Assembly (NCBI GenBank): GCA_029547265.1
Contig: JAKPPP010000332.1
Location: 2,090-66,089 of the forward strand
Direction: 5' to 3'
DNA length: 64,000 nucleotides
Origin: Bacteroidota bacterium
GTDB lineage: Bacteria; Bacteroidota; Bacteroidia; AKYH767-A; OLB10
The position numbers and the translations under genes are program-made. Each line of letters begins with the position of its first letter. Position 1 is the first letter of the stretch. This document shows positions 8,011-17,069 of the stretch, piece by piece. Under the pieces are notes generated by a model. The model did no database searches and was not told the DNA's origin. It was given only the letters and a program-made list of their open reading frames with translations.

Positions 8011-9708
8011 CTATTTAGAATTGCTTTTTAAATAAAATTTGTAATCAATACTGAATTTCCCCGGTCCTGTAAGTAATAAGAATACGAACACAGCCAACAA
8101 AGATAGTGGATGTAATGCCGCATCGATGCCTTGACCCGAAAATAAATGCTTTGAACTGGCTATAATCATATTAAAGCACAACATGAATGCTACAGGACGA
8201 GTTAATAATCCTAAAACAAGTAATAATCCACCAATTGTCTCTGTTGCAGCAGCCATATAACCCCATGCAACCGGATGAAAGAAGATACCGAAGTTAGCTA
8301 AAGTTTGTCCAAGGGATAACCATGCCGGCAATCCTCCTAAAATTTTCGGTACTCCGTGGTATATCATTATAATTCCAATAAGAACTCTAACCAAGAAGAT
8401 AGCATTGTTCTCGGAAGTCTCTCGATAGTTGAACGCCCATCGTGGTTGCTTCCATAAGAAAAACACTAAGCCTACTATGATTAGCAATGTACAGAATAGC
8501 ACATCGGGATATTTCCACGATTGTAAGCGATTGACAATTTTTTCTGATACAGTTCTCTTTTGGTTAAATATTTTCCAACTATAAAAATTGCCGATTCCTA
8601 TTGCTAGTTGCAGTGAATAGTCGAGAGAAATTGTTCCCGGTAAGTATGCTGTATTTTCATTTGCATTTACATTGAACCAGCTCAACCTTTCTTTTGTTGT
8701 ATTTGTTTCTGAAGGAGCTCCTTCCATAATAAAAGGGAAAGAAGCTGAACCATGACAGGAGATACAAGATGATTGCGGATTGTCAATCATTCCATTTAAT
8801 CGCCCCGCCCATCCTAAATGAGCAATAGGTCGAATAGAAGGATTGATATACGTTTGATAAAGCGGTTTGTCTTTTACGTTTTCGGGAGTCACTCCTGCAT
8901 CATTTCCCCATGATAATCCGACAGGCATAACACGTAACCACGGATTTTCATTTTTCACATCTCCATTATACACTAAGTTTCCCATTATCCAACCGGTAGT
9001 TGATTTCGCTCGTGAATCTTTAACAGAAAAATCAATTTGCAATAAATGCATCTTCTTAAGTTCACGTTTAGTGCTATCCCATGCTTTACGATAAACATAA
9101 GCAGTTGTTGATGGTGCTCCTTTTAAATAAGGCACTTCTGTTGAATCAGCTTCAGTAAAAATAACTTTAGCTGATACTGTTCCTTCAGGGAAAAGAGCTT
9201 TGCTAGGATCAGGATGGTTATGGTCTTTCCAAACTTGTCCTACAGTATAACCTCCGGCAGGATTGTAAAATCCTACAGCCCAATTTTGATAAACTGTTTC
9301 TTGAACGGGACTTAATTCATGGGGACGAGAATCTCGTTCACGAGTAATTCCGTTTAATGGTTCACGAGCCATATCAACACCACCCGATATGCGATAATGC
9401 ATCCATGGTGCATGATACCATTTACGAACTTTGTTGTCTTGCACAATCCAGTCAGCTTCGATATTACCTTCGAGTATATAATTATAAACTGCCATAATGT
9501 ATTCGGTAGGCTGTGTTTTATAATCATACTTTAACCAAGGAAGATTTTTTTCAGGTGTAACAGATGTTGGGTAATCTTGACTTAAATGAAATATCTTTCC
9601 CGTCCATTCTTTAGGAGCCGGAACACTAGCATCAGGAAATCGTTGGGCGATTCCCTGAATTGAGAATAATACTGTTAAAAACAGCAATACTATTTTTTTG
9701 TAATACAC
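8011..9708 (-). CDS. Exported protein with a single CxxCH heme-c motif fused to a C-terminal DoxX membrane domain
   Basis: Signal peptide MYYKKIVLLFLTVLFSIQGIAQ (GTG start). A ~390-aa soluble domain contains CISCH (aa 315-319, nt 8752-8766, verified). It is followed by one TM helix and a DoxX-like 4-TM region (VRVLIGIIMIYHGVPKI...ETIGGLLLVLGLLTRPVAFML...LLLTGPGKFSID). Confidence 0.6.
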   Translation of the reverse strand: MYYKKIVLLFLTVLFSIQGIAQRFPDASVPAPKEWTGKIFHLSQDYPTSVTPEKNLPWLKYDYKTQPTEYIMAVYNYILEGNIEADWIVQDNKVRKWYHAPWMHYRISGGVDMAREPLNGITRERDSRPHELSPVQETVYQNWAVGFYNPAGGYTVGQVWKDHNHPDPSKALFPEGTVSAKVIFTEADSTEVPYLKGAPSTTAYVYRKAWDSTKRELKKMHLLQIDFSVKDSRAKSTTGWIMGNLVYNGDVKNENPWLRVMPVGLSWGNDAGVTPENVKDKPLYQTYINPSIRPIAHLGWAGRLNGMIDNPQSSCISCHGSASFPFIMEGAPSETNTTKERLSWFNVNANENTAYLPGTISLDYSLQLAIGIGNFYSWKIFNQKRTVSEKIVNRLQSWKYPDVLFCTLLIIVGLVFFLWKQPRWAFNYRETSENNAIFLVRVLIGIIMIYHGVPKILGGLPAWLSLGQTLANFGIFFHPVAWGYMAAATETIGGLLLVLGLLTRPVAFMLCFNMIIASSKHLFSGQGIDAALHPLSLLAVFVFLLLTGPGKFSIDYKFYLKSNSK

Positions 9709-9767
9709 GGTAATACAGTTTAAAAGGCTGATCGGTTAAAATACGCAGAAGAGCCTAATTTGTTACG

Positions 9768-9794
9768 ATTGCAATTTGCAATTTTACAAAGATA
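9768..9794 (-). promoter_or_regulatory. Putative Bacteroidota -7 promoter box followed by a 15-bp perfect palindrome (candidate operator) upstream of the CxxCH-DoxX/RT gene pair
   Basis: The minus strand reads TAtcTTTG (plus 9787-9794), matching TAnnTTTG. A few nt downstream is ATTGCAA-A-TTGCAAT (plus 9768-9782), with 7-bp arms and a 1-nt centre. Confidence 0.35.
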
Positions 9795-9817
9795 ACTCTT
9801 TGTAAATCAGCGAGTAA

Positions 9818-10570
9818 TTAGATGTTGAACCATCTAACTAGGTCATCGGCGATAATTGTCTTTTTTTCGCTCTCAGAATAATCCTTTTCGATACTCCCTT
9901 CTCTCATCATTATCAGACGGTTACCGTAATTAGAGGCGTCTTTCATCCGATGAGTAACCATTATAGCAGTAAGGTTTCCTTCACGAATTATTTTTTCTGC
10001 TAATTCCATGACAATTGCAGCCGATTTCGGGTCGAGGGCGGCGGTTGGCTCATCGAGTAGCAGGATTTTGCTTTCATCCATCACCGACATTAATAATGTT
10101 AAGGCTTGTCGTTGTCCCCCCGACAAACTACCCATTAATGCCTCCGGTTTGTTTTCAAGGCCCATATTGAGGGTCTTTAATTTATCACAAACGTTTTTTC
10201 TGAATGATTTAGTGTTCCCTATTGAGAGTGATTTCGATCGTGTTCGCAAAGAAGCCAATCTGAAGTTTTCGAGAATGGATAATTCGGATGCTGTACCTGC
10301 TAAAGGATTTTGGAAAATGCGACTGATATATTTGCTGCGTTTATAATCGGGTAGCTTTGTTACATTACTACCGTTAAATATAATCTCGCCGCTATCAGCA
10401 ATCAAAGAACCCGAAATTAAATTCAATAAAGTAGATTTTCCTGATCCGTTGAAACCAACAACAGTAATAAAATCACCTTCATTGATTTTTAAACTCAAGT
10501 TTTTTAGTGCAACTATTTCATCAGCACTACCTCTGTTAAAAGTCTTCGATATATTTTTAATTTCTATCAT
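9818..10570 (-). CDS. ABC transporter ATP-binding protein (COG1101-type, partner of the ABC_sub_bind system)
   Basis: Walker A GFNGSGKST, signature LSGGQRQ, Walker B ILLLDEPTAALD, H-loop VTH. The start overlaps the permease stop by 4 nt. Confidence 0.85.
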   Translation of the reverse strand: MIEIKNISKTFNRGSADEIVALKNLSLKINEGDFITVVGFNGSGKSTLLNLISGSLIADSGEIIFNGSNVTKLPDYKRSKYISRIFQNPLAGTASELSILENFRLASLRTRSKSLSIGNTKSFRKNVCDKLKTLNMGLENKPEALMGSLSGGQRQALTLLMSVMDESKILLLDEPTAALDPKSAAIVMELAEKIIREGNLTAIMVTHRMKDASNYGNRLIMMREGSIEKDYSESEKKTIIADDLVRWFNI

Positions 10571-11427
10571 GCCTTCGAGGTGAATTTTATTTTTCCGAAA
10601 GCAATAATTGATAATACTAATACCGCAGTAATCAATTTTAAATAGTTTGGATCGATACCGATATTTAGAGCCGTAGCTAATATCAATCGAAATAAAATAC
10701 AGCCTAAAACTACAGCGATCAATTGCAAATATATTTTGCGTGATACTGCATTTCGCAAAACAACATCTCCTATCATAACAGCACCTAAGCCTGATATAAC
10801 AATTCCGATACCCATATTTATATCACCGAATCCTTGATATTGAACAATGAGCGATCCGCTTAATGCAGTTAACGAATTTGAGATTCCTAAGCCGATAATT
10901 TTCATTTTATCAGGATTTACTCCCATCGATTTTACCATTGACTCACTATTGCCTGTTGCTCTTAATGCTATACCCATATCACTTTTGAGGAATGCATTAA
11001 TAAGAATAATAAGAACAACAGAAAATACAAATAAAATTATAGAGCTATGATCTGAATTCGTCGAAGGACTCATTAACAAATTATCGATGTTAATGAGTGG
11101 TTGATTGGGTCTGCCTAAAATGGCTAGGTTTATAGAGTATAATCCGGTCATAACAATTATGCCGGCAAGTAAAGGATGAACTTTTAATCGTGTGTGAATT
11201 GTTCCGGTAATAATGCCAGCAATAGCTCCTGCTATCATCGCTGCAAAAACTGCAATCACCGGCGACCATCCGTTCACTAACATCCACGCAGTGATAATCC
11301 CTCCCGAAGTATAACTTCCATCGGTAGTAATGTCAGGAATATTCAAAATTCTCAAGCTTAAAAAAATTCCCAAGCCCAATGCAGCAAATGCAAGGCCTTG
11401 GTGAATAGCTGTGAGGTAGAATTCCAT
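10567..11427 (-). CDS. ABC transporter permease (COG4120-type)
   Basis: 286-aa polytopic membrane protein in an operon between the binding protein and the ATPase. It overlaps its neighbours by 1 nt and 4 nt. Confidence 0.75.
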   Translation of the reverse strand: MEFYLTAIHQGLAFAALGLGIFLSLRILNIPDITTDGSYTSGGIITAWMLVNGWSPVIAVFAAMIAGAIAGIITGTIHTRLKVHPLLAGIIVMTGLYSINLAILGRPNQPLINIDNLLMSPSTNSDHSSIILFVFSVVLIILINAFLKSDMGIALRATGNSESMVKSMGVNPDKMKIIGLGISNSLTALSGSLIVQYQGFGDINMGIGIVISGLGAVMIGDVVLRNAVSRKIYLQLIAVVLGCILFRLILATALNIGIDPNYLKLITAVLVLSIIAFGKIKFTSKA

Positions 11428-12392
11428 TATTGAATTTGTGTAAATGATGAATCAGGTTGAATGTTGAATACTTGAGCTACTTTAGAATTCATCACTTTCA
11501 ATCGAATATTTACAATTTCAGGCTTGAGCGTTATAATATTCTTATCTTTTAAAAAAGTTGCTGCTTGCAATCCCGATTGATATCCCCATTGGTACATATC
11601 AGCACCAAAACTTGCCAATGCTCCTCTGGAGACTAGTCCCGCTTCAGACGTGAGAATCGGAATATGTTTATCGTTACAACTTTTAACAATAGTTTCGAAG
11701 CTCGAGAAAATTACATTGTCGGGTAAAGCAAAGAATACATCAATATTTTTATCGAGAAGTGATTGCGTGATTAATTGCGTTTCCGATGAATTGGTAACAG
11801 GAATGGCAATTACTTCAATCCCTTTTGTAGCACAAACTTTCTTTAGTCGATTTAATGCATCAACTGATTGCGATTCCGACTGACTATAAACGGTTCCAAC
11901 TTTTTTTGCTTTCGGGAATAATTCATTTACCAAGGCTGCTGAAGTATCAATATAGTCGAGTGTTTCATAGGTCCCGAAGAGATTTGATGGGGCATTACCT
12001 GATTTATCTGTTAGTCCGGCAATATCGGGACGAGGAGCTACCATCATGAAAACCGGAATTCCCTTCGATCTTTGAACCGCATTAATTGTGGCTAGTGTAG
12101 TATTACTAGCAATTAAGTCGGGCTTTTCAGAAACCATTAAGTCGATTGCCTGTAATAAAGTTGGCTGATCTCCTTGAGCATTCTTGTAATTTATCTTCAA
12201 AGTGTTATTCTCCTCTGAAAATCCGTTTTTTGACAAAGCATCGATAAATCCTTGTTTCGCTTTGGCTAACGTTGCATCTTCAACAAAATCGATAAAGCCT
12301 ATTGAAGGGATTTCTTTTTTATCTGTTTTAGAATTACAAGCAGAAAACGATAAAAATGCTAAAAGCAATAATAAGCGATTATTAATTTTCAT
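11427..12392 (-). CDS. ABC transporter substrate-binding lipoprotein (ABC_sub_bind / COG2984-type)
   Basis: Lipobox LSFSAC, then IGFIDFVEDATLAKAKQGFIDAL...KPDLIASNTTLATINA, typical of the PF04392-like periplasmic binding family. Confidence 0.7.
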   Translation of the reverse strand: MKINNRLLLLLAFLSFSACNSKTDKKEIPSIGFIDFVEDATLAKAKQGFIDALSKNGFSEENNTLKINYKNAQGDQPTLLQAIDLMVSEKPDLIASNTTLATINAVQRSKGIPVFMMVAPRPDIAGLTDKSGNAPSNLFGTYETLDYIDTSAALVNELFPKAKKVGTVYSQSESQSVDALNRLKKVCATKGIEVIAIPVTNSSETQLITQSLLDKNIDVFFALPDNVIFSSFETIVKSCNDKHIPILTSEAGLVSRGALASFGADMYQWGYQSGLQAATFLKDKNIITLKPEIVNIRLKVMNSKVAQVFNIQPDSSFTQIQ

Positions 12393-12455
12393 GATAAGGA
12401 GTTTAATTTATAACAGAACAAACTCTTTAATGTTTTTAAAGAATCGGAATTCTAA

Positions 12456-13973
12456 TTATTCATCTTTTAAGATGGCTTCTTTATTACTCTTGAAGTGCTT
12501 TTCACATAAATCGATTAAGTCGGAACATGCCGAGCGATAAAACGGTGCTTTGCTATTTATGAGAGCCTCTTTAAAATCGGTTGTTTTGCCTTTTTTGGAA
12601 GCTCCTTTCAAGAGTTGAATGAAGTACGAATTCAAAAGATAACGAGGATGATCAATTGCATCGCATCGGTAGTTGTTTGCTTTCTCGAAGTTTTCTAGTG
12701 CTTGATCTCTTCGGTTGTCGATGAAATAGCGAAGGGCATTTAATTCAAGAGATATAATAGCACTGTCATGGCGATGCATTGAAGAATCGTTGACTACTTT
12801 TTCGAGATCATTAAATAGTAAAGTCGTGTAATGCTCCTCACCTCTAAGTGTCATGATAGTAAATATCAAGCTTCTCCACTCGCAAATTTGGATCCATGCA
12901 TTACGACCTAACGCTTGCTTCCATGATGAACGGAATACTAAATGTTCTGCCTCGTTTAATGCTTTTAGCGCTGTATTATAATCTTGAACATCAAGTGCAA
13001 TTAAGGCCTTGTTGATTTTAATAAAAGCTCTTTCTGATTCCTTGCCGCTATCTTTAGTGAAAGCTTCAGCTCTTTGCAATAATTTATAACGGTGATCTAT
13101 ATCCGAATTTTGATGATACAAAGCTACAAAGCTGCAAAGTAATTGTTCAGCTTCTGTATGCTGAGCAATAATTGTATCTAAATTCTCCGCCACATGGTCG
13201 ATATAACTTGCAAGGGTTATCGAAGGATTAGGGAAAATTAATCCCAAGCGAATGATCTTGCTAAGCAAATCACTTTTCGTAAATCGGTTAGGCTCTAACG
13301 TTAGTAACTGTCCGAATTCCTCGAAAAGTTCATTTATGGCCTGATAATTAAATTTGCCAAGTAATGCGTCTTTTTCATGCTTAATAAGAACTAACGACCC
13401 TCTCGATTGACGATATAATTGGTGAGTTCGCGCATAAGCGCTATCGTACATCGATAGAAAATCGTCGAGGTTGTCGCCATTTCTGGTGTCGTTGAAGAAA
13501 GGTTGATTCGTGCGATAGAAGTGAATCAAAAGTTCATACGCTTCTCTATGATTCAACTTTTTCTCGAAGTCTTCCACCTCATTGGTCATGGAATAAGGCG
13601 GGTGAATTGCCAATGATTCCGTCAAGCTCGAGAACTCCTCAAACAACGGTTGGTAGTTCATCTGCTTTGCTACCAGCTGTTTATACTGATCAGAATGGAT
13701 GATAGTGTCAAGATCTTTTTCGATCTCACCAATCATTGCTTTATATTCTGTTGCCTTAATTCTTCTGAATCGTCCTTTTGATAAAGCTAATGGATTAAAA
13801 CCGGTAGATGTTCTATACATATCGAAAAGCGAGACAATCAGATCGTACCTTTCCGGCGAACTGTTCTCCCCGAGACGCGACAACACATAATCTAACACCA
13901 GCTTGTTTTTAGGCAACTGGTGGATATTTAGGAGGGTGTCTTTGGTCGGTTTCAGTTCTTGCATAAATCCCAC
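12456..13973 (-). CDS. Hypothetical all-alpha protein with TPR-like C-terminal half
   Basis: 505-aa ORF with no signal peptide or TM helix and no catalytic motif that I can recognise. The C-terminal half has TPR-like helical hairpins (DYNTALKALNEAEHL..., DQALENFEKANNY...). Confidence 0.5.
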   Translation of the reverse strand: MGFMQELKPTKDTLLNIHQLPKNKLVLDYVLSRLGENSSPERYDLIVSLFDMYRTSTGFNPLALSKGRFRRIKATEYKAMIGEIEKDLDTIIHSDQYKQLVAKQMNYQPLFEEFSSLTESLAIHPPYSMTNEVEDFEKKLNHREAYELLIHFYRTNQPFFNDTRNGDNLDDFLSMYDSAYARTHQLYRQSRGSLVLIKHEKDALLGKFNYQAINELFEEFGQLLTLEPNRFTKSDLLSKIIRLGLIFPNPSITLASYIDHVAENLDTIIAQHTEAEQLLCSFVALYHQNSDIDHRYKLLQRAEAFTKDSGKESERAFIKINKALIALDVQDYNTALKALNEAEHLVFRSSWKQALGRNAWIQICEWRSLIFTIMTLRGEEHYTTLLFNDLEKVVNDSSMHRHDSAIISLELNALRYFIDNRRDQALENFEKANNYRCDAIDHPRYLLNSYFIQLLKGASKKGKTTDFKEALINSKAPFYRSACSDLIDLCEKHFKSNKEAILKDE

Positions 13974-14056
13974 AACATGCCGTTAAAATGTAAAATTGAC
14001 CACATCCTAACAACGATATAAAACTATTACCTTCGTGTTGCAGCTTTTTAAAGCCT

Positions 14057-17000
14057 ATGAAGAAAATACTAACATTGTTATTCACGGTAAACCTAGCCGT
14101 TAGTTCATTGTTTGCCCAGAGCACTTCTCCTGTGCAAGCACTCTCAAATGAGAAGGAAAACACCTTTGTTTTCACCCACGCAACGATCTGGCAAGACCCG
14201 TCGACTCGACTAACCGACGCCTCGATGGTCGTCAGAAAGAACAAAATTGTAGCCGTTGGCGCAGGGGTGGCAATACCTCCGGGAGCCATCATAATTGACC
14301 TGAAAGGCAAAAATGTTTATCCTGCATTTATTGATCTATATACCGGTTACGGACAGCCGGAAGTCAAGAAATCGGGAAATGATAACCGCGGTCCACAGTT
14401 TAATACCAACACTAAAGGTGCTTATAGCTGGAATCAAGCATTAAAGCCTGAATATAATGCCGCTGCTAATTTTGTTATCGATGATAAGAAAGCCGGCGAA
14501 TACCGCCGAAATGGATTTGGTACTGTTCTTTCAATTCAACGTGATGGCATTGCTCGAGGAACAGCTGCCTTGGTAACATTAATGGATCAAACGGAAGGCG
14601 ATGCCATATTGAAGGCTAATGCAGCTGCAACTTATTCGTTTAAGAAAGGAAGCTCAACGCAAGATTATCCGAGTTCATTAATGGGGACAATCGCTTTGTT
14701 GCGACAAACATATATCGATGCTGAATGGTATCGCACAAGTACTGCAAAGGATTTCAATATTTCATTGGAAAGTTGGAATGTAAACAGTAAGCTTCCTCAA
14801 ATATTTGAAGTTGATAATTATAAATCTGCTTTGAGAGCTGATAAAGTAGGTGATGAATTCAATGTTAAATATATTATCAAAGGTGGAGGTGATGAATACA
14901 AACGTCTCGATGAAATCGTTAAGACCGGAGATGCTTTTATAATTCCTCTAACTTTTCCTGAAGCTTACGATGTGTCGAATCCATTTGATGCTATGAATAT
15001 TAGCTTAGCTGAAATGAAAAATTGGGAGCTAGCTCCTTATAACGCTTCAATGTTGAGTAAAGCAGGAGTAACTTTTTGTATTACATCTGCAGGATTGAAA
15101 GAGCCTAAGTCGTTTCTGAAAAATCTACAGAAAGCAGTTACCTGTGGATTATCAAAAGAGAATGCATTAAAGGCATTAACCACAACTCCCGCGCAGCTGA
15201 TGAATGTTTCTGATCAAACAGGAAAAATTATGCCGGGAATGTTGGCTAATTTCTTTGTAAGTACAAATGATATTTTCGAGAAAGATGCAATTATCACTGA
15301 TACATGGATTGAAGGAAAGCAATTCGATGTTAATGTACAAGATAGTACTGATATAAGAGGGAAATATACTCTTGTCCTGGATACTTTAAAGGGCTATTCA
15401 CTGCAGTTAGGAGGGAAAGCCATTAACCCTGAATGTACGCTGTTGAAGGATACCTTAAAGATAAAGGCAGATTTTGATAAGGACGTATATCAGTTTACTA
15501 TCAAGATTGAACCTCTAAAAGGGAAAGGTGTTTATCGCTTAAATGGGCAATACAATAGTGAAGCAAGAAAGTTATTCGGTAATGCTCAAACTCCGGATGG
15601 TAGTTGGGTAAATTGGACAGCTGATTTTAAAGAAAGTTGGGAAGAGAAGAAAGACACATCAAAGAAGAATGATGTAGTTACTGCTCCCGGAAAAATTTGG
15701 TATCCTTTGAATGCATATGGTTTTGATACTTTGCCTACAGCCAAGAATGTGCTAATTAAAAATGCAACGGTATGGACCAATGAAGATGCCGGTATACTTT
15801 CCGAGGCAGATGTGCTTATTAGCAATGGTAAAATTATTAAAGTTGGGAAAGCAATAAATCTTACTGTTTTTAAAATTGGCGATTTACAAATTATTGATGG
15901 AACAGGTAAGCATGTTACTGCCGGAATTATCGATGAGCACTCGCATATAGCAATTAATGAAGGCGTAAATGAAGGAACTCAATCGGTTACTTCAGAGGTA
16001 AGAATTGGAGATGTATTAAATCCGGATGATGTAAATATCTACCGACAATTAGCAGGTGGCGTAACTACATCTCATTTGTTGCATGGAAGTGCCAACGCTA
16101 TCGGCGGACAAACAGCGCTGATTAAATTGAGATGGGGAAAAAGTGCAGAGCAATTGAAGTTCGAAAATGCTGATGGATTCATCAAGTTTGCATTAGGAGA
16201 AAATGTTAAGCAAAGTAATTGGGGCGATAATAATACTACACGTTATCCTCAAACTAGGATGGGAGTAGAGCAAGTGTACATGGATGCATTTACTCGAGCT
16301 AAAAACTATGATATGGCGAGAAAGAATGCCGCTTCTTCAAAAAGTTCGGTAATGCCTCGCCGTGATCTTGAATTAGATGCGTTAGCAGAAATCATCAATA
16401 AGAAAAGATTTATCACTTGCCATAGTTATGAGCAAAGTGAAATTAATATGCTAATGCATGTAGCAGATAGTTTTGGATTTAGAGTAAACACTTTTACTCA
16501 TATACTAGAAGGGTATAAAGTTGCCGATAAAATGAAAGCTCATGGTGTTGGTGCTTCTACCTTTAGTGATTGGTGGGCTTATAAGTACGAAGTAATGGAA
16601 GCAATTCCTTACAACGGAAAGATAATGCATGACATGGGCTTAGTGACAGCTTTTAACAGTGATGATGCGGAGATGGCTCGTCGATTAAATCAAGAGGCAG
16701 CGAAAGCAGTAAAATACGGACATGTTTCAGAAGAAGAAGCATTGAAATTTGTAACGCTTAATCCGGCGAAGCTTTTGCATATTGATAATCGAGTAGGAAG
16801 TATTAAAGAAGGGAAAGATGCAGATATTGTAATTTGGAACGACAATCCATTAAGTGTATATGCTAAACCACTCAAAACATTTGTCGACGGAATCTGCTAT
16901 TTTGATATTGATAGAGATAAACAAATTAGAGAAAGAAATAAAGTTGAACGAGCACGATTAATTAAGAAAATGATGGATGAAAAATTATCAGGAGGTGCAG

Positions 17001-17068
17001 TTCAAAAGGCAACATTAACTATTGACGAATTATATCACTGTAATGATAATGAAAAATCACCGAGATAA
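14057..17068 (+). CDS. Secreted two-module amidohydrolase-family protein
   Basis: Signal peptide. The C-terminal module carries the metal-binding HxH (GIIDEHSHIA, CAC TCG CAT at 15938-15946) and the distal GSIKEGKDADIVIW motif. The N-terminal module is amidohydrolase-like, but the HxH position reads FIDLYTGY (14327-14350). Confidence 0.75.
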   Translation: MKKILTLLFTVNLAVSSLFAQSTSPVQALSNEKENTFVFTHATIWQDPSTRLTDASMVVRKNKIVAVGAGVAIPPGAIIIDLKGKNVYPAFIDLYTGYGQPEVKKSGNDNRGPQFNTNTKGAYSWNQALKPEYNAAANFVIDDKKAGEYRRNGFGTVLSIQRDGIARGTAALVTLMDQTEGDAILKANAAATYSFKKGSSTQDYPSSLMGTIALLRQTYIDAEWYRTSTAKDFNISLESWNVNSKLPQIFEVDNYKSALRADKVGDEFNVKYIIKGGGDEYKRLDEIVKTGDAFIIPLTFPEAYDVSNPFDAMNISLAEMKNWELAPYNASMLSKAGVTFCITSAGLKEPKSFLKNLQKAVTCGLSKENALKALTTTPAQLMNVSDQTGKIMPGMLANFFVSTNDIFEKDAIITDTWIEGKQFDVNVQDSTDIRGKYTLVLDTLKGYSLQLGGKAINPECTLLKDTLKIKADFDKDVYQFTIKIEPLKGKGVYRLNGQYNSEARKLFGNAQTPDGSWVNWTADFKESWEEKKDTSKKNDVVTAPGKIWYPLNAYGFDTLPTAKNVLIKNATVWTNEDAGILSEADVLISNGKIIKVGKAINLTVFKIGDLQIIDGTGKHVTAGIIDEHSHIAINEGVNEGTQSVTSEVRIGDVLNPDDVNIYRQLAGGVTTSHLLHGSANAIGGQTALIKLRWGKSAEQLKFENADGFIKFALGENVKQSNWGDNNTTRYPQTRMGVEQVYMDAFTRAKNYDMARKNAASSKSSVMPRRDLELDALAEIINKKRFITCHSYEQSEINMLMHVADSFGFRVNTFTHILEGYKVADKMKAHGVGASTFSDWWAYKYEVMEAIPYNGKIMHDMGLVTAFNSDDAEMARRLNQEAAKAVKYGHVSEEEALKFVTLNPAKLLHIDNRVGSIKEGKDADIVIWNDNPLSVYAKPLKTFVDGICYFDIDRDKQIRERNKVERARLIKKMMDEKLSGGAVQKATLTIDELYHCNDNEKSPR

Positions 17069-17069
17069 T

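Noticed and set aside
6683-9708. The RT as part of a retron, a diversity-generating retroelement, a group II intron or a CRISPR-associated RT.
   Set aside because: There is no non-coding space for msr/msd: the gap is 5 nt upstream and the downstream end overlaps ridA. I found no template/variable repeat pair and no lectin- or Ig-type target gene; the neighbour ends in a DoxX membrane domain. There is no maturase X or endonuclease domain or intron boundary sequence, and there are no cas genes in the window.
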